Source: Spirochaetia bacterium
Lineage (GTDB): Bacteria > Spirochaetota > Spirochaetia > SZUA-6 > Bin103
Direction of reading: 5' to 3'
Length of the DNA: 64,000 nt
Assembly (NCBI GenBank): GCA_965199955.1
Contig: CBDATQ010000002.1
Location: 1,472,001 to 1,536,000, forward strand
Shown: positions 19,186 through 29,305 of the stretch, piece by piece
How the letters are laid out: every line of letters starts with the position of its first letter
How positions within the stretch are numbered: position 1 is the stretch's first letter
Program-made: the position numbers and the translations under genes
Notes under the pieces: generated by a model
What the model saw: only the letters and a program-made list of their open reading frames with translations
The model's database searches: none
Told to the model about the DNA's origin: nothing

Positions 19186-19333
19186 CCCATAACGGAACAT
19201 GGAACCGCGGCTCCGGGGCGTGGCGCGCGGCGGTCGACGGTGAAATCACTCGCTGAGTGAGTGAGGGCATGCGCATGCGGGGCCCCACACGGCGTGCCTG
19301 AGGTGGGTGGGGCCCGAGGCACCGGGTTCTGAC

Positions 19334-21481
19334 GTGACGGTCGCGCGATCTCCCCATCTGCGCGGGCGCCTCCTGGCGCTCGCGCTGCTCGCGCTTTCCG
19401 TTCCGCCCGCGTGGACGGACACCGCGTACCGCTACGACAGCCGCGACCGGGTGGTCCGCACGCCGTCCCTCTACCACGTGGACCGGGTCGTGCACTTCAG
19501 CGACCTGGGCGTCGCCCTCGACGATCCCCGCGACTTCGCCGTCACCGGAGACGGGGCCGTCGTGCTGGATTCCGGGAACAGCCGCCTCGTCTGGCTCGAT
19601 GCCGAGTACCGGCTGATGCGGCTCCAGGAGGAGTTCACGGACGGCGCGCGCACCGAGACGCTGAACCACCCGCAGGGCGTCTTCGTCGCCGCGGACGGCG
19701 CGATCTACGTTGCCGACACCGACAACCGGCGCATCGTCGTGCTCGATGCCTCAGGCCGCCTCCTCCGGATCCTGGGCGAGCACGCGGACGCCTCATTCCG
19801 GATCATGTCCGCGGACTACGAGTACCGGCCGGTGAAAGTCGGCGTGAACGCCCTGGGCACGGTCTACGTGATCGTCAGGAACCTCTTCGAGGGGTTCATG
19901 CAGCTTGATCAGAGGGGACGCTTCGAGGGCTTCGTGGGCGCGCCCCGTGTGGTGGTCAGCCCCGTGGACCTGCTCTGGGCGCGCATCTTCACCGCCGAGC
20001 AGCGCAGCCGCATGACCCTCTCCCTGCCCATCGACTACCGCTCGATCGACTTCACCTCCGACGGCTACCTCCTCGCCACGGTGGCCGCGGGAGAGACCTA
20101 CAGCGTCGAGCCGATCCGGAGGCTGAGCAACTCCGGGTTCGAGGTACCCATCGCAACGGGCGACCGCACGCCGCCGCGGGGCGACCTGCTCTACTCCCTG
20201 GGCGAAGGCCCGTCCGTGCTGGTCGACGTGGCAGGGCAGCCGTGGGGCGTGTTCAGTGCGCTCGATCAGCGCCGGGGCAGGATCTTCACCTACGACGGGG
20301 AGGGGTCCCTGCTGGCCGTCATGGGCGGGCTGGGCAACCGCGTCGGCCAGTTTCGCCTGCCGGTGAGCATCGGCGCGTGGGGCAACGACCTGGTCGTCCT
20401 GGACAATGCCCGGAAGAGCCTGGTCGTGATGAAGCCGACGGCGCACGGCCGGTACGTGTTCTCCGCCTTGGCGCTGGAGGCCAACGGCTTCCACGACGAG
20501 GCGGTGCGGCTGTGGGAGAAGGTGCTGGCCTACGACCGCGAGTTCGAGGTGGCCTATGCCGCGATCGGGCGCTCCCTGCTCGCCGTCGGCGACTATCGCG
20601 CAGCGGTGCGCTCCTTCCGCCGCGCCAACGACCGGGAGGGCTACTCGCGTGCGTTCGCCGAGTTGCGCAGCGAGGTGGTCAGGAGGATCTTCCTGCCGGT
20701 GGTCCTGTCCGCCGTGTTCGTCGCCGTGCTGATTGCGGTCCTGGTGAAGCTGGGCTTCGCCGAGCGGTGCCGGGGGCTGTTCGCCCGGCTTGGCCGGACG
20801 GCCGCGATGACCCGGCCGCTGCCGCTGGCGCGGGTGAGCGGACGCGACCTGGTGCGTGATCTCCGCTATTCTCTGCACACGTCCATCCACCCGATCAGCG
20901 GCTTCCGCGAGCTGAAGAGGGATCAGGCGGCAGCCGTCCCGGCCGCCAACGCGATCCTGGTCGTCCTCTGCCTCGTGTGCGTGCTGTTCCGGCAGGGCAC
21001 GGGGTTCGTGTTCAATACCGCGACCGGCGGGTTCGACCCTGCTCGATTCGAACTGGTTCGGGTCATCCCCACGATACTGGCGCCGCTGGCCCTCTGGTGC
21101 GTGGTGAGCTGGGCCCTGACGACGATCCTGCAGGGCAAGGGCAGCCTGGGACAGGTATACGTCGCCACGGTCTTCTCCACGGTGCCGCTGCTCCTTGCCA
21201 TGGCCGTACTGATTCCCTTCAGCCACGTGCTGGTGCGCGAGGAGGCCGGCTTGTACCACGGGGTGCTGTCCCTCGCGTTCGTCTGGAGCGGGTTTCTGCT
21301 GCTGACCTCGACGATGATGACGCACGACTACGACCGGCTGTTCCGCAGCATCCTCATCATCCTGCTGGTCCTGGCCGGCATCGGCGTGACCGTGTTCGTG
21401 CTCCTGGTGCTGTTCAGCGTCGGCAATACCATCGTCAGGTTCGCGGCCGGGGTCTGGCGGGAGTACCTGTTCACCCGATGA
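19334..21481 (+). CDS. NHL-repeat / TPR / YIP1-domain fusion membrane protein
   Basis: Signal peptide; LNHPQGVFV...IYVADTDNRRI (NHL); helical TPR-like segment; TM helix; C-terminal HP..GF.ELK plus ~5 TM helices (YIP1-like). Confidence 0.8.
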   Translation: MTVARSPHLRGRLLALALLALSVPPAWTDTAYRYDSRDRVVRTPSLYHVDRVVHFSDLGVALDDPRDFAVTGDGAVVLDSGNSRLVWLDAEYRLMRLQEEFTDGARTETLNHPQGVFVAADGAIYVADTDNRRIVVLDASGRLLRILGEHADASFRIMSADYEYRPVKVGVNALGTVYVIVRNLFEGFMQLDQRGRFEGFVGAPRVVVSPVDLLWARIFTAEQRSRMTLSLPIDYRSIDFTSDGYLLATVAAGETYSVEPIRRLSNSGFEVPIATGDRTPPRGDLLYSLGEGPSVLVDVAGQPWGVFSALDQRRGRIFTYDGEGSLLAVMGGLGNRVGQFRLPVSIGAWGNDLVVLDNARKSLVVMKPTAHGRYVFSALALEANGFHDEAVRLWEKVLAYDREFEVAYAAIGRSLLAVGDYRAAVRSFRRANDREGYSRAFAELRSEVVRRIFLPVVLSAVFVAVLIAVLVKLGFAERCRGLFARLGRTAAMTRPLPLARVSGRDLVRDLRYSLHTSIHPISGFRELKRDQAAAVPAANAILVVLCLVCVLFRQGTGFVFNTATGGFDPARFELVRVIPTILAPLALWCVVSWALTTILQGKGSLGQVYVATVFSTVPLLLAMAVLIPFSHVLVREEAGLYHGVLSLAFVWSGFLLLTSTMMTHDYDRLFRSILIILLVLAGIGVTVFVLLVLFSVGNTIVRFAAGVWREYLFTR

Positions 21482-24357
21482 CACAGGCACCTGGCGCGAG
21501 GGGAATCCGGGCGCTCGCCGCGGCGGCGGTGCCCCTGGCCATGGCCGCGGTGCCGTTGCCGGCGCGCGCCCCCGACGCCCTCGGACTGCCCGAGTCCTTC
21601 GACATGGTGGCCGAGAACGCCTACCTGCGCCTCCATGTCGATCCGGAGACCGCCAACTTCGCGCTGGAGGACAGGGAGAGCGGCGCGATCTGGCATTCGA
21701 ACCCGCAGGACGCCGGCCGCTACGATCGGATCGCTGCGGGGAAGGAACGGAATCGGCTGCGCGCGCTGCTCGGCATGTCGTACGTGCGGGGCAACGGCGC
21801 CAGGGTCGCGTACGACAGCTACACCGACAGCGTGCTGCACGGCCAGCACGAGATCCGCCGGACCGACGGCGGGTTCCGGGTGGAGTTCCGGCTGGGCCGG
21901 AAGTGGCTGGAGTCCGGGCTCATGCCCAAGGTCGTCGAGGGCGGGCGGTTCGCGTCGACCGTGCTGGCGACGGCGACCGAGGCCGAGAAGGAGACGCTGC
22001 TCACCTACTACGTGCCGGCGGCGCTCGTCCCTCGCGAGGACGAGCCCTTCCCGATCGAGATCAGCGTGCCGGGGCCGCTCGGCGGGGTGTTCACGGAGCG
22101 GATCGAGGCGCTGCTCGGTAACCATACGCTGGTCATCGGGGATGAGGCGTACCTGGCCGGGCTCGACCAGCTCGCCGACCTCCGCCGCAAGGCCGGGAGC
22201 GCGTCCGGCGAGGCGCAGCAGGAGCTGCGCGGCGAGCTGCTCAAGGTGCAAGGCGCCCTGGTGAAGCGGAAGACCGACTACGCCAGGGCGCTCATCGACA
22301 TGATCGTCGCCGACCGCGAAGAGTACGTCGACATCAGGTCGCTGACGCCCGCGGTCATGGAACCGTTCCTGGGGCGGACGTTCCACCTGAAGTTCAAGCA
22401 TCCGCGCTTCAAGACGGAGGCGCTGCTCGCGGCCCTGGCCGACAACGGCTACACGCCGGAAGACATCGTGACCGACCACGGCACCTTCGGGATGACGGCC
22501 CCGGAAGAGAACCACGAGCGGTTCGTCATTCCGATGGAGATCGTGCTCGACGGGCGTGGCTTCGTCGCTCGGGTGCGCGGCCCGGAGATCGAGTACGCCG
22601 CGGACGTGCCCTACCGAGCCGGCCCGACGTTCACCACCGTGTCGTATCCGTTGCTGTCGCTGGAGTTGCTGCCGTTCTTCTTCGCGGCGCGCCGTGAGGA
22701 TCCCGGCTACCTGTTCGTGCCGTCCGGGTCGGGCGCCATCATCGACCTTGCCGAGCGAAAGGCCGGCGCCCGGTCGCTGACCGTGCCGGTCTACGGTGGG
22801 GACTTCAGCCTCCAGCCGAAGGCGGGCGCCGGCGATCACGGCCACCTGCCCGTGTTCGGCGCGGTGCGGGAGGACATCGGCTTCCTGGCGATCATCGAGT
22901 CCGGCGCCGCGATCGCGGCGGTCTCCGTGCTCAAGGCCGGGGTCTACAACTCGTACCACACCGTCTTCGCCGACTACACGATCACCGAAGGGCGGACCGA
23001 GGCGCGGGAAACCGGCGACGCCCTGTTCGGTGCCTACGCGATCTACGCCCCCGAGTCGTACACGGGCGACGTGGTGGCGCGCTACCACCTGCTGCCGGCC
23101 GGCAGCGCGGACTACTCGTCCATGGCGCGCATCTACCGCGAGCACCTGCTCGATCGGGGGTTGCCGCGGCGGACGAACGGCGCCGGGCAGCCGTTGTTCC
23201 TGGATGTGACGGCGTCCGTGCCCACCACGGCCACCGTTGCCGGCATCCCGTACCGTTCGACGGCGGTGGCGACCGGCTACCGCGATGCAAGGCGGATCCT
23301 TACCGACCTGGACAACCCGGACGGGTTGATCGTCCGCTACGCTGGCTGGCTGGCGGGCGGCACCGCGCATCGCTTTCCCGGCCGCGTCTTCCTGAACGGC
23401 AGGCTGGGCAGCCGGCGGGAGCTTCTGAACCTGCTCGACTTCTGCCGGCGGCACGGGATCGGCTTCTACCCCGCCGTGGACTTCCTGGCCGTCAACGAGC
23501 GGGGCCTGTTCGACGGGTTCGCCGCCAGCCGCGAGGCGGCGCGCGGCCTGGACCGCGCTCCGGTCAGGCTGCTCGACCGCAACCCGGCCCTCACCGAGGA
23601 CGTGCCCGCGGGCGGGTACCTGATCTCGCCGGCTGCTCTCCCGTCATTGGCCGCCGCTTTCACCGGCCGCTACGGGCGCATGGATCACCCCTACCTGGGG
23701 CTCGACCGGTTCGGGCTCCTGAGCTTCAGCGACTACCGGCGCGGGGCCGATCCGGAGCGGATCTTCAACCCCGAGGAGACCCTGCACGTGCTGGGCGAGA
23801 CCGCGTCACAGCTCGCCGGCGGCGGCTTCAGGCTGCTGATCGAGGGCGCGAACGCCCACCTGATCCCGCACGCGGCAGCCGTCATGCACGTCCCCTACCG
23901 GGAAGTGGACTACGACATCGTCACCCGCACGATCCCCTTCATGCAGATGGTCCTGCATGGCTCGGTGCCGTACTCGTCCGAGCCGATCAACTACCAGGCC
24001 GACCCGCGGACGGCGCTGCTGCGGGCAATCGAGTCGGGGAGCAGCCTGGCATTCGCGCTGATCGGCGACGCGCCGGCGCTGCCCGAGCCCCTCCACGACG
24101 TCGACCTGCATGCCTCGGTCTACCGAAGCTGGAAGGACACGATGATCGCGATGCACGGCACCCTCAACCGCGCCTTGTCGGGCCTGGCAGGCGTGCCGAT
24201 CCGCGCGCATGCGACGCTGGCCGAGGGCGTGCGCGTGACCCGCTACGAGAACGGCGTGGACGTCGTGGTCAACTACCGCGACGAGCCGTATACCCATGCC
24301 GGCATCACGGTCGGCCCGAGGGACTACCTGCGCGTGACGGAGCGGGTGGCGTGGTAG
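21478..24357 (+). CDS. DUF5696-like secreted protein
   Basis: ATGA coupling to the upstream stop; signal peptide. WHSNP, GYLFVPSGSGA, PVFG, DYSSMA..YR, IPFMQMVLHG, VTRYENG..VVVNY. Confidence 0.78.
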   Translation: MTQAPGARGIRALAAAAVPLAMAAVPLPARAPDALGLPESFDMVAENAYLRLHVDPETANFALEDRESGAIWHSNPQDAGRYDRIAAGKERNRLRALLGMSYVRGNGARVAYDSYTDSVLHGQHEIRRTDGGFRVEFRLGRKWLESGLMPKVVEGGRFASTVLATATEAEKETLLTYYVPAALVPREDEPFPIEISVPGPLGGVFTERIEALLGNHTLVIGDEAYLAGLDQLADLRRKAGSASGEAQQELRGELLKVQGALVKRKTDYARALIDMIVADREEYVDIRSLTPAVMEPFLGRTFHLKFKHPRFKTEALLAALADNGYTPEDIVTDHGTFGMTAPEENHERFVIPMEIVLDGRGFVARVRGPEIEYAADVPYRAGPTFTTVSYPLLSLELLPFFFAARREDPGYLFVPSGSGAIIDLAERKAGARSLTVPVYGGDFSLQPKAGAGDHGHLPVFGAVREDIGFLAIIESGAAIAAVSVLKAGVYNSYHTVFADYTITEGRTEARETGDALFGAYAIYAPESYTGDVVARYHLLPAGSADYSSMARIYREHLLDRGLPRRTNGAGQPLFLDVTASVPTTATVAGIPYRSTAVATGYRDARRILTDLDNPDGLIVRYAGWLAGGTAHRFPGRVFLNGRLGSRRELLNLLDFCRRHGIGFYPAVDFLAVNERGLFDGFAASREAARGLDRAPVRLLDRNPALTEDVPAGGYLISPAALPSLAAAFTGRYGRMDHPYLGLDRFGLLSFSDYRRGADPERIFNPEETLHVLGETASQLAGGGFRLLIEGANAHLIPHAAAVMHVPYREVDYDIVTRTIPFMQMVLHGSVPYSSEPINYQADPRTALLRAIESGSSLAFALIGDAPALPEPLHDVDLHASVYRSWKDTMIAMHGTLNRALSGLAGVPIRAHATLAEGVRVTRYENGVDVVVNYRDEPYTHAGITVGPRDYLRVTERVAW

Positions 24358-25247
24358 GGCGCGTCGACCTGGCCAGGAAGAAGGCGCGCATGGGCTACCT
24401 GTTCACGCTGCCGCTGATGGCCGGCATCGTCTTCTTCCTGATCATGCCGATCGCGCAGTCCATCTCGTTCAGCGTGGGCGAGATCGAGATAACCGACGAG
24501 GGCTACCTGCTGCATCCGGTCGGGCTGGCCAACTTCCACCACGTGCTGCGTGTGGACACCTTCTTTCCGCGGCACCTGGCGGCGGCCGTGGTGAAGCTGG
24601 CCTCGGAGGTGCCGGTCGTGCTGGTGTTCAGCTTGATCTGCGCCTCCCTGCTGAACCGCCCGTTCCGGGGACGCGGCGTCATGCGAACGGTGCTCTTTCT
24701 CCCGGTGATCTTGTCGTCGGGCGTGCTGGTGACCCTGCAGCAGTCCTACCTGTTGACCCAGGAGCTGAGCATCGGATCGCTCTTTGAGCGCTTCACGCGT
24801 CGGATGGTGAGCGGCTGGGTGGTCGATGCACCGGCGGTCGACGGCGCGCTCGCCTACGTGGTCGACGCCACCGCCCGCCTCCCCGCCATCGCCGCGGCGG
24901 CGGGCATTCCCATCCTGATCTTCCTGGCCGGGCTGCAGGGGATCCCTGATTCCATGTACGAGGTGGCCCGAATCGAGGGCGCCAACGCCTGGGAGACGTT
25001 CTTCTTCATCACCCTGCCGCTGGCGGCGCCGCTGATCTTCCCGATCGTCATCTACATGATCGTGGACTCGTTCACGGCCGCGGACAGCGAGCTGCTGCGC
25101 TACATCTTCGAGAGCATGCGGAGTGGCGCGGGATACGGCACCGCGACCGCGATGGCGTGGGTGTTCTTCCTCACCATGGCCGTCATCCTGACCGTCGTGG
25201 GAGCGGTCGTGGCGCGCGGCACGCGCAACAGCGGAGTGGTGGCGTGA
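24351..25247 (+). CDS. Carbohydrate ABC permease (MalF-like)
   Basis: FLPVI, FLAGLQGIP.SMYEVARIEGA EAA motif. Confidence 0.92.
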   Translation: MVGRVDLARKKARMGYLFTLPLMAGIVFFLIMPIAQSISFSVGEIEITDEGYLLHPVGLANFHHVLRVDTFFPRHLAAAVVKLASEVPVVLVFSLICASLLNRPFRGRGVMRTVLFLPVILSSGVLVTLQQSYLLTQELSIGSLFERFTRRMVSGWVVDAPAVDGALAYVVDATARLPAIAAAAGIPILIFLAGLQGIPDSMYEVARIEGANAWETFFFITLPLAAPLIFPIVIYMIVDSFTAADSELLRYIFESMRSGAGYGTATAMAWVFFLTMAVILTVVGAVVARGTRNSGVVA

Positions 25248-26209
25248 CCTCGGCGCTGGCGAGGTGGACGATTCCCGCGCACCGGATTGCGGACCGGATC
25301 GATTGGCGGATCCTGCTCTTCCGGGGCTTCCGGCTCGCGTTCCTGGCCGGCGTGTCGTTCATCGTGCTCTTCCCCGTGCTGCACAAGCTCGTCCAGTCGT
25401 TCATGTCCGAGGCCGACATCATGGACGTCAACCGCGTGTGGATCCCGTCGAAACTGTCGCTGTTGAACTACCGGATCGTCCTGGTCTCGCTCGACTACTT
25501 CCACAACGCGCTGCGCTCGCTCGGCCTGACGCTGCTGGTGTGCGTGTCGCAGATGGCCTCGTCGACGTTCGTGGCCTACGGCCTGGCGCGCTTCCGGAAC
25601 CGGCTCACGAACGTGCTGTTCGCGATCGCCGTGTTCAGCATGGTCATTCCCCCGCAGTTGCTGATGGTCCCGCTGGTCTTCAACTTCCGCTACTTCAGCT
25701 TCTTCGGGCTGTTTCCGGAAGGCCTGAACCTGACCGGCAGCATCCTGCCGTTCGTGCTCACCTCGCTGACCTGCATGGGCTACAGGAACGGCATCTTCAT
25801 CTACATCATGCGGCAGGTGTTCAAGGGCATCCCGCGCGACCTGGAGGACGCGGCGTACGTGGACGGATCCGGGTATCTCAACACGTTCGCGCGCATCGTC
25901 CTGCCGTCGGCCACCTCCGGACTGCTCGTCGTGTTCCTGCTGGCGTTCGTCTGGCAGTGGAGCGACCTGACCTTCACGGAGCTGTTCCTGCCGAACCAGG
26001 ACCTGCTGTCGACGGTCATGGTCGGGTTCGGCTTTCAGTACGAGGACTGGTACGTCGCGTTCAACGCCGGCGCCCGGCCGCATCCCGGCTTCGTGGCCGC
26101 GATCGTCAACACCGCCATGCTGGTGTTCATCCTGCCGGTGCTGGTGCTCTACCTGTTCGTGCAGCGCTGGTTCATCAAGAGCGTCGATCGCGTGGGACTG
26201 GTCGGCTGA
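25244..26209 (+). CDS. Carbohydrate ABC permease (MalG-like)
   Basis: GTGA overlap; YGLARF, IPRDLEDAAYVDG, FVWQW, QRWFIKSV. Confidence 0.92.
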   Translation: MTSALARWTIPAHRIADRIDWRILLFRGFRLAFLAGVSFIVLFPVLHKLVQSFMSEADIMDVNRVWIPSKLSLLNYRIVLVSLDYFHNALRSLGLTLLVCVSQMASSTFVAYGLARFRNRLTNVLFAIAVFSMVIPPQLLMVPLVFNFRYFSFFGLFPEGLNLTGSILPFVLTSLTCMGYRNGIFIYIMRQVFKGIPRDLEDAAYVDGSGYLNTFARIVLPSATSGLLVVFLLAFVWQWSDLTFTELFLPNQDLLSTVMVGFGFQYEDWYVAFNAGARPHPGFVAAIVNTAMLVFILPVLVLYLFVQRWFIKSVDRVGLVG

Positions 26210-26224
26210 GGGAGTGAAACGACC

Positions 26225-27595
26225 ATGATCGAGAAATTCGTCACCGGAAACTGGGAGCTGACCGTATCGGTCGCGACCGACGGGCCGCTGTCGGGCAGCG
26301 ACGTGAGGATCTGGTTTTCGTCGGATGCGGACCGGAGGAACTGCGCGTTTCTGAACGTCGGAAGCGGGCGCACCTACCTGGGGCGCCGCAAGCAGGGGAG
26401 CGAGGAGATCCTCCGCACCTACGCGGACGCCGGCCATCCGCCGTGGCGGATCCGGCTGCAGAAGCGCGGCGCCTTCTTCCGCTTTTGGATCAACGATGCG
26501 CCGCACGGCTACATCAAGGGGCCGACCGGGCAGTGGGACATGCTCTTCGAGCCAACCGAGGCACACCTGTTCATCGACTGCGACGAGGAGCACTACCGAA
26601 TCGACGGGTGCCGGCTCACCAGCCTGACCTGGTTCGACGAGACGACGCTGGTCATCCCCACGGGCGAGGAGGGAAGCTGGACCGCCGGGCACGTGCTGCC
26701 GGGCGGCATCATCGAGTACGAAGGCCGATACTACCTGTACGTCATGGGCTCCCGCCCCGGCGAGCAGGAAGGAGGGCTCCAGCGCGTGATCGGCGTGGCG
26801 ATCAGTGACGATCTGGAGCGCTGGGAGCTGCACCCGGAGCCCGTGGTGACGAGCTCGAACGTGCCCTATGACAACCTCTACCCGAACGGCGCGATCGTCA
26901 CCGACGACGGCGGGGTGGCGCTGCTGTACTCCTCACAGATGTTTCCGAAGTGGAACGGATTCTGCCTCACGATGGCCGAGCACCCGCTGGGGCCGTTCGT
27001 CGACCACCCCGGAAACCCCGTGTTCGACCACGGCGATCACGCGCACGAGTTCGACGTGATCCGCATGGACGGCGGCCCCTACAAGTACCTGCTGATGTAC
27101 GCCGGCTTCACGCCGAACCCCCCGCGCGGCATGGCCGGGGATCGCGGCTACGCGCTGTACAGCAACGACCTCATCCATTGGGTGCCGGACCCGGACAACC
27201 CCGTGTTCGGCCCGGACACGCTGGACGACTGGGACGCCATCCACGTGCGGACCAGGTCGCTGACGAAGATCGGCGACACCTGGTACCTGTGGTACGAGGG
27301 CTGCAACACCTGGAAACCGAACGGCAAGCAGCACCACGGCTGGTGGGACACCGTGGGGCTGGCGCGCTCGAAAGACCTCAGAAACTGGGAGTACCATCCG
27401 CGCAATCCCGCCCTGGAGTCGGGCCAGAGTCACTGGATCGGCTGGCCGCGCATGGTGATCAGGAACGCCACCGGCTTCGTGTTCATGATCGAGAACTCCC
27501 GCATCGTCTCCAGGAAGATCCCGATCGAGCAGCTTACCGATTGGCAGAGCGACCTGGGTGACACGCTCGACCTGCTGCAGGAAGAGCGCGCATGA
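26225..27595 (+). CDS. Five-bladed beta-propeller glycosidase (GH43/GH117/GH130-like) with N-terminal beta-sandwich
   Basis: IGVAISDDLERW, NPVF repeats, YSNDLIHW, WYLWYEG, GLARSKDLRNW. Confidence 0.72.
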   Translation: MIEKFVTGNWELTVSVATDGPLSGSDVRIWFSSDADRRNCAFLNVGSGRTYLGRRKQGSEEILRTYADAGHPPWRIRLQKRGAFFRFWINDAPHGYIKGPTGQWDMLFEPTEAHLFIDCDEEHYRIDGCRLTSLTWFDETTLVIPTGEEGSWTAGHVLPGGIIEYEGRYYLYVMGSRPGEQEGGLQRVIGVAISDDLERWELHPEPVVTSSNVPYDNLYPNGAIVTDDGGVALLYSSQMFPKWNGFCLTMAEHPLGPFVDHPGNPVFDHGDHAHEFDVIRMDGGPYKYLLMYAGFTPNPPRGMAGDRGYALYSNDLIHWVPDPDNPVFGPDTLDDWDAIHVRTRSLTKIGDTWYLWYEGCNTWKPNGKQHHGWWDTVGLARSKDLRNWEYHPRNPALESGQSHWIGWPRMVIRNATGFVFMIENSRIVSRKIPIEQLTDWQSDLGDTLDLLQEERA

Positions 27596-29298
27596 AGGAC
27601 GTCACGATCAACCTCGATCACATCCCGTTCAGCCGCTACGGCGCCTACGTCTCGGTCAACCGCGACAGGGAGAAAGGGCTGTTTGTCATCCACAACGTCG
27701 AGCGGCGCTTCGGCGAGGACGAGGCGTTCACGTTGCAGTTCACCCGCGGGGGGAACAGCGTCGACTACACCTACGAGATGCGCCCCGACCGGATCACCGT
27801 GACCGGCGGCGCAGGGAGCGCCACCATCTTCGTCAGGGGCGACCACACGCTGGCATTCGAGGCGCACGGCCTGGACCTTGAGTTCCGGGCGATCACCGGC
27901 CACGGCTACGGCACCGAATACGGGCCGGACGACTTCTGCGTCATCTCCGTGAACCAGCGCACGACGTCGCGGTTCCACGTGTTCCGGGGCGCAGGCGTCC
28001 TGAGCGGGCCGATCCGGCGGTTCCAGAGCAACGAGAACCTGGACTGGAAACGGGACCTGACCGTGCGGGCGGACGGAGGCGCGGCCGCCGTCACTCTCAC
28101 GATCATGAACGTGGAGCGCACGCTGCGGCACGAGCCGTTCGACGTGAAGGGGGAGACCGCGGCCGTTCGGGCGGAGTGGGAGCGGTTTCTCGCCAGGATG
28201 CCGCCGGCGCCCGAGGGCCGCTACGACTTCGCCGTTGCGACGTGGTACACGCTCTGGTCCTGCTTCGTGCGGGCGCGGGACCACTACCGGTACGACGCGA
28301 TGCTCATGTCCAAGAAGTTCATGAGCTCCGTGTGGACGTGGGACCACTGCTTCAACGCGCTGGCGATGATGAAGGTGAGCCGCCGGACGGCGCTGGAGCA
28401 GTTCCTGCTTCCCTTCGAGCTGCAGGCGGAGTGCGGGACCCTGTTCGACATGACCAACCCGAACCAGGAGGTGATCTGGGCGGTGACCAAGCCGCCCATC
28501 CACGGCTGGTGCTTTGCCCGCATGATGGACGCCTTCGACTTCGAGCCCGCGGTCCTGGAGAAGGTGCTCGGCCACCTGGCCGCGTGGACGAGCTGGTGGA
28601 TGGACTACCGGGACTCCGACGGCGACGGCGTCCCCGAGTACCCGCAGGGGTGCGACAGCGGCTGGGACAACTCGACGCTGTTCGACGACGGCTTCTTCCT
28701 GGAGTCGCCGGACCTGTCGGCGTTCCTGGTGCTGCAGATGCACACCTGCGCCCGGATCGCTGAGCTGCTCGGAAAGACGGAGGAAGCGGACAGGTGGCGG
28801 CGCTCGGCACAGGAACTCCTGGAGAGGCTCTACGACCACAGTTGGGTGGGCGGCCGATTCGTCGCCCGGCGGTCGGGGAGCCACTCATACGACCCCGAAC
28901 CCACCTCGCTGCTGGCGCTGATGCCGATCTCACTCGGGGAACATCTGGACCCGGACAGGATGACGGCGCTGGCGGGCACTCTGGAGGAGCGGTTCCTGAC
29001 CGAGCACGGCCCCGCCACGGAGGCGCCGGACAGCTCGCGCTACGAGAGCGACGGCTACTGGCGCGGCCCGATCTGGGCGCCGAGCACGTACCTGATCGTG
29101 GACGGCCTCCGGCGCGGGGGCCGCGATGAACTGGCGCGGCGGATCGCCGCGTCGTTCTGCCGGATGGCCGAGCACAAGGCGATGGGCCAGTACGAGAACT
29201 TCGACGCGCTGACCGGGGTGGGACTGCGCGCTCCCGGCTACACCTGGACGGCCAGCGTCTTCATGCTCCTGACGTGGGAGTACTTGCAGGACGGGTGA
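27592..29298 (+). CDS. GH63/MGH1-like (alpha/alpha)6 glycoside hydrolase
   Basis: WTWDHCFNA, KPPIHGW, DSGWDNS, YWRGPIW, ENFDALTG, YTWTASVF. Confidence 0.88.
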   Translation: MKDVTINLDHIPFSRYGAYVSVNRDREKGLFVIHNVERRFGEDEAFTLQFTRGGNSVDYTYEMRPDRITVTGGAGSATIFVRGDHTLAFEAHGLDLEFRAITGHGYGTEYGPDDFCVISVNQRTTSRFHVFRGAGVLSGPIRRFQSNENLDWKRDLTVRADGGAAAVTLTIMNVERTLRHEPFDVKGETAAVRAEWERFLARMPPAPEGRYDFAVATWYTLWSCFVRARDHYRYDAMLMSKKFMSSVWTWDHCFNALAMMKVSRRTALEQFLLPFELQAECGTLFDMTNPNQEVIWAVTKPPIHGWCFARMMDAFDFEPAVLEKVLGHLAAWTSWWMDYRDSDGDGVPEYPQGCDSGWDNSTLFDDGFFLESPDLSAFLVLQMHTCARIAELLGKTEEADRWRRSAQELLERLYDHSWVGGRFVARRSGSHSYDPEPTSLLALMPISLGEHLDPDRMTALAGTLEERFLTEHGPATEAPDSSRYESDGYWRGPIWAPSTYLIVDGLRRGGRDELARRIAASFCRMAEHKAMGQYENFDALTGVGLRAPGYTWTASVFMLLTWEYLQDG

Positions 29299-29305
29299 GT
29301 CCCTC

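Noticed and set aside
20977..21477. Extended N-termini in the ORF track (20977, 25157, 31840, 39720, 46565, 50114, 59161, 63895)
   Set aside because: They overlap upstream genes; downstream starts with SD sequences or stop-start coupling fit better.
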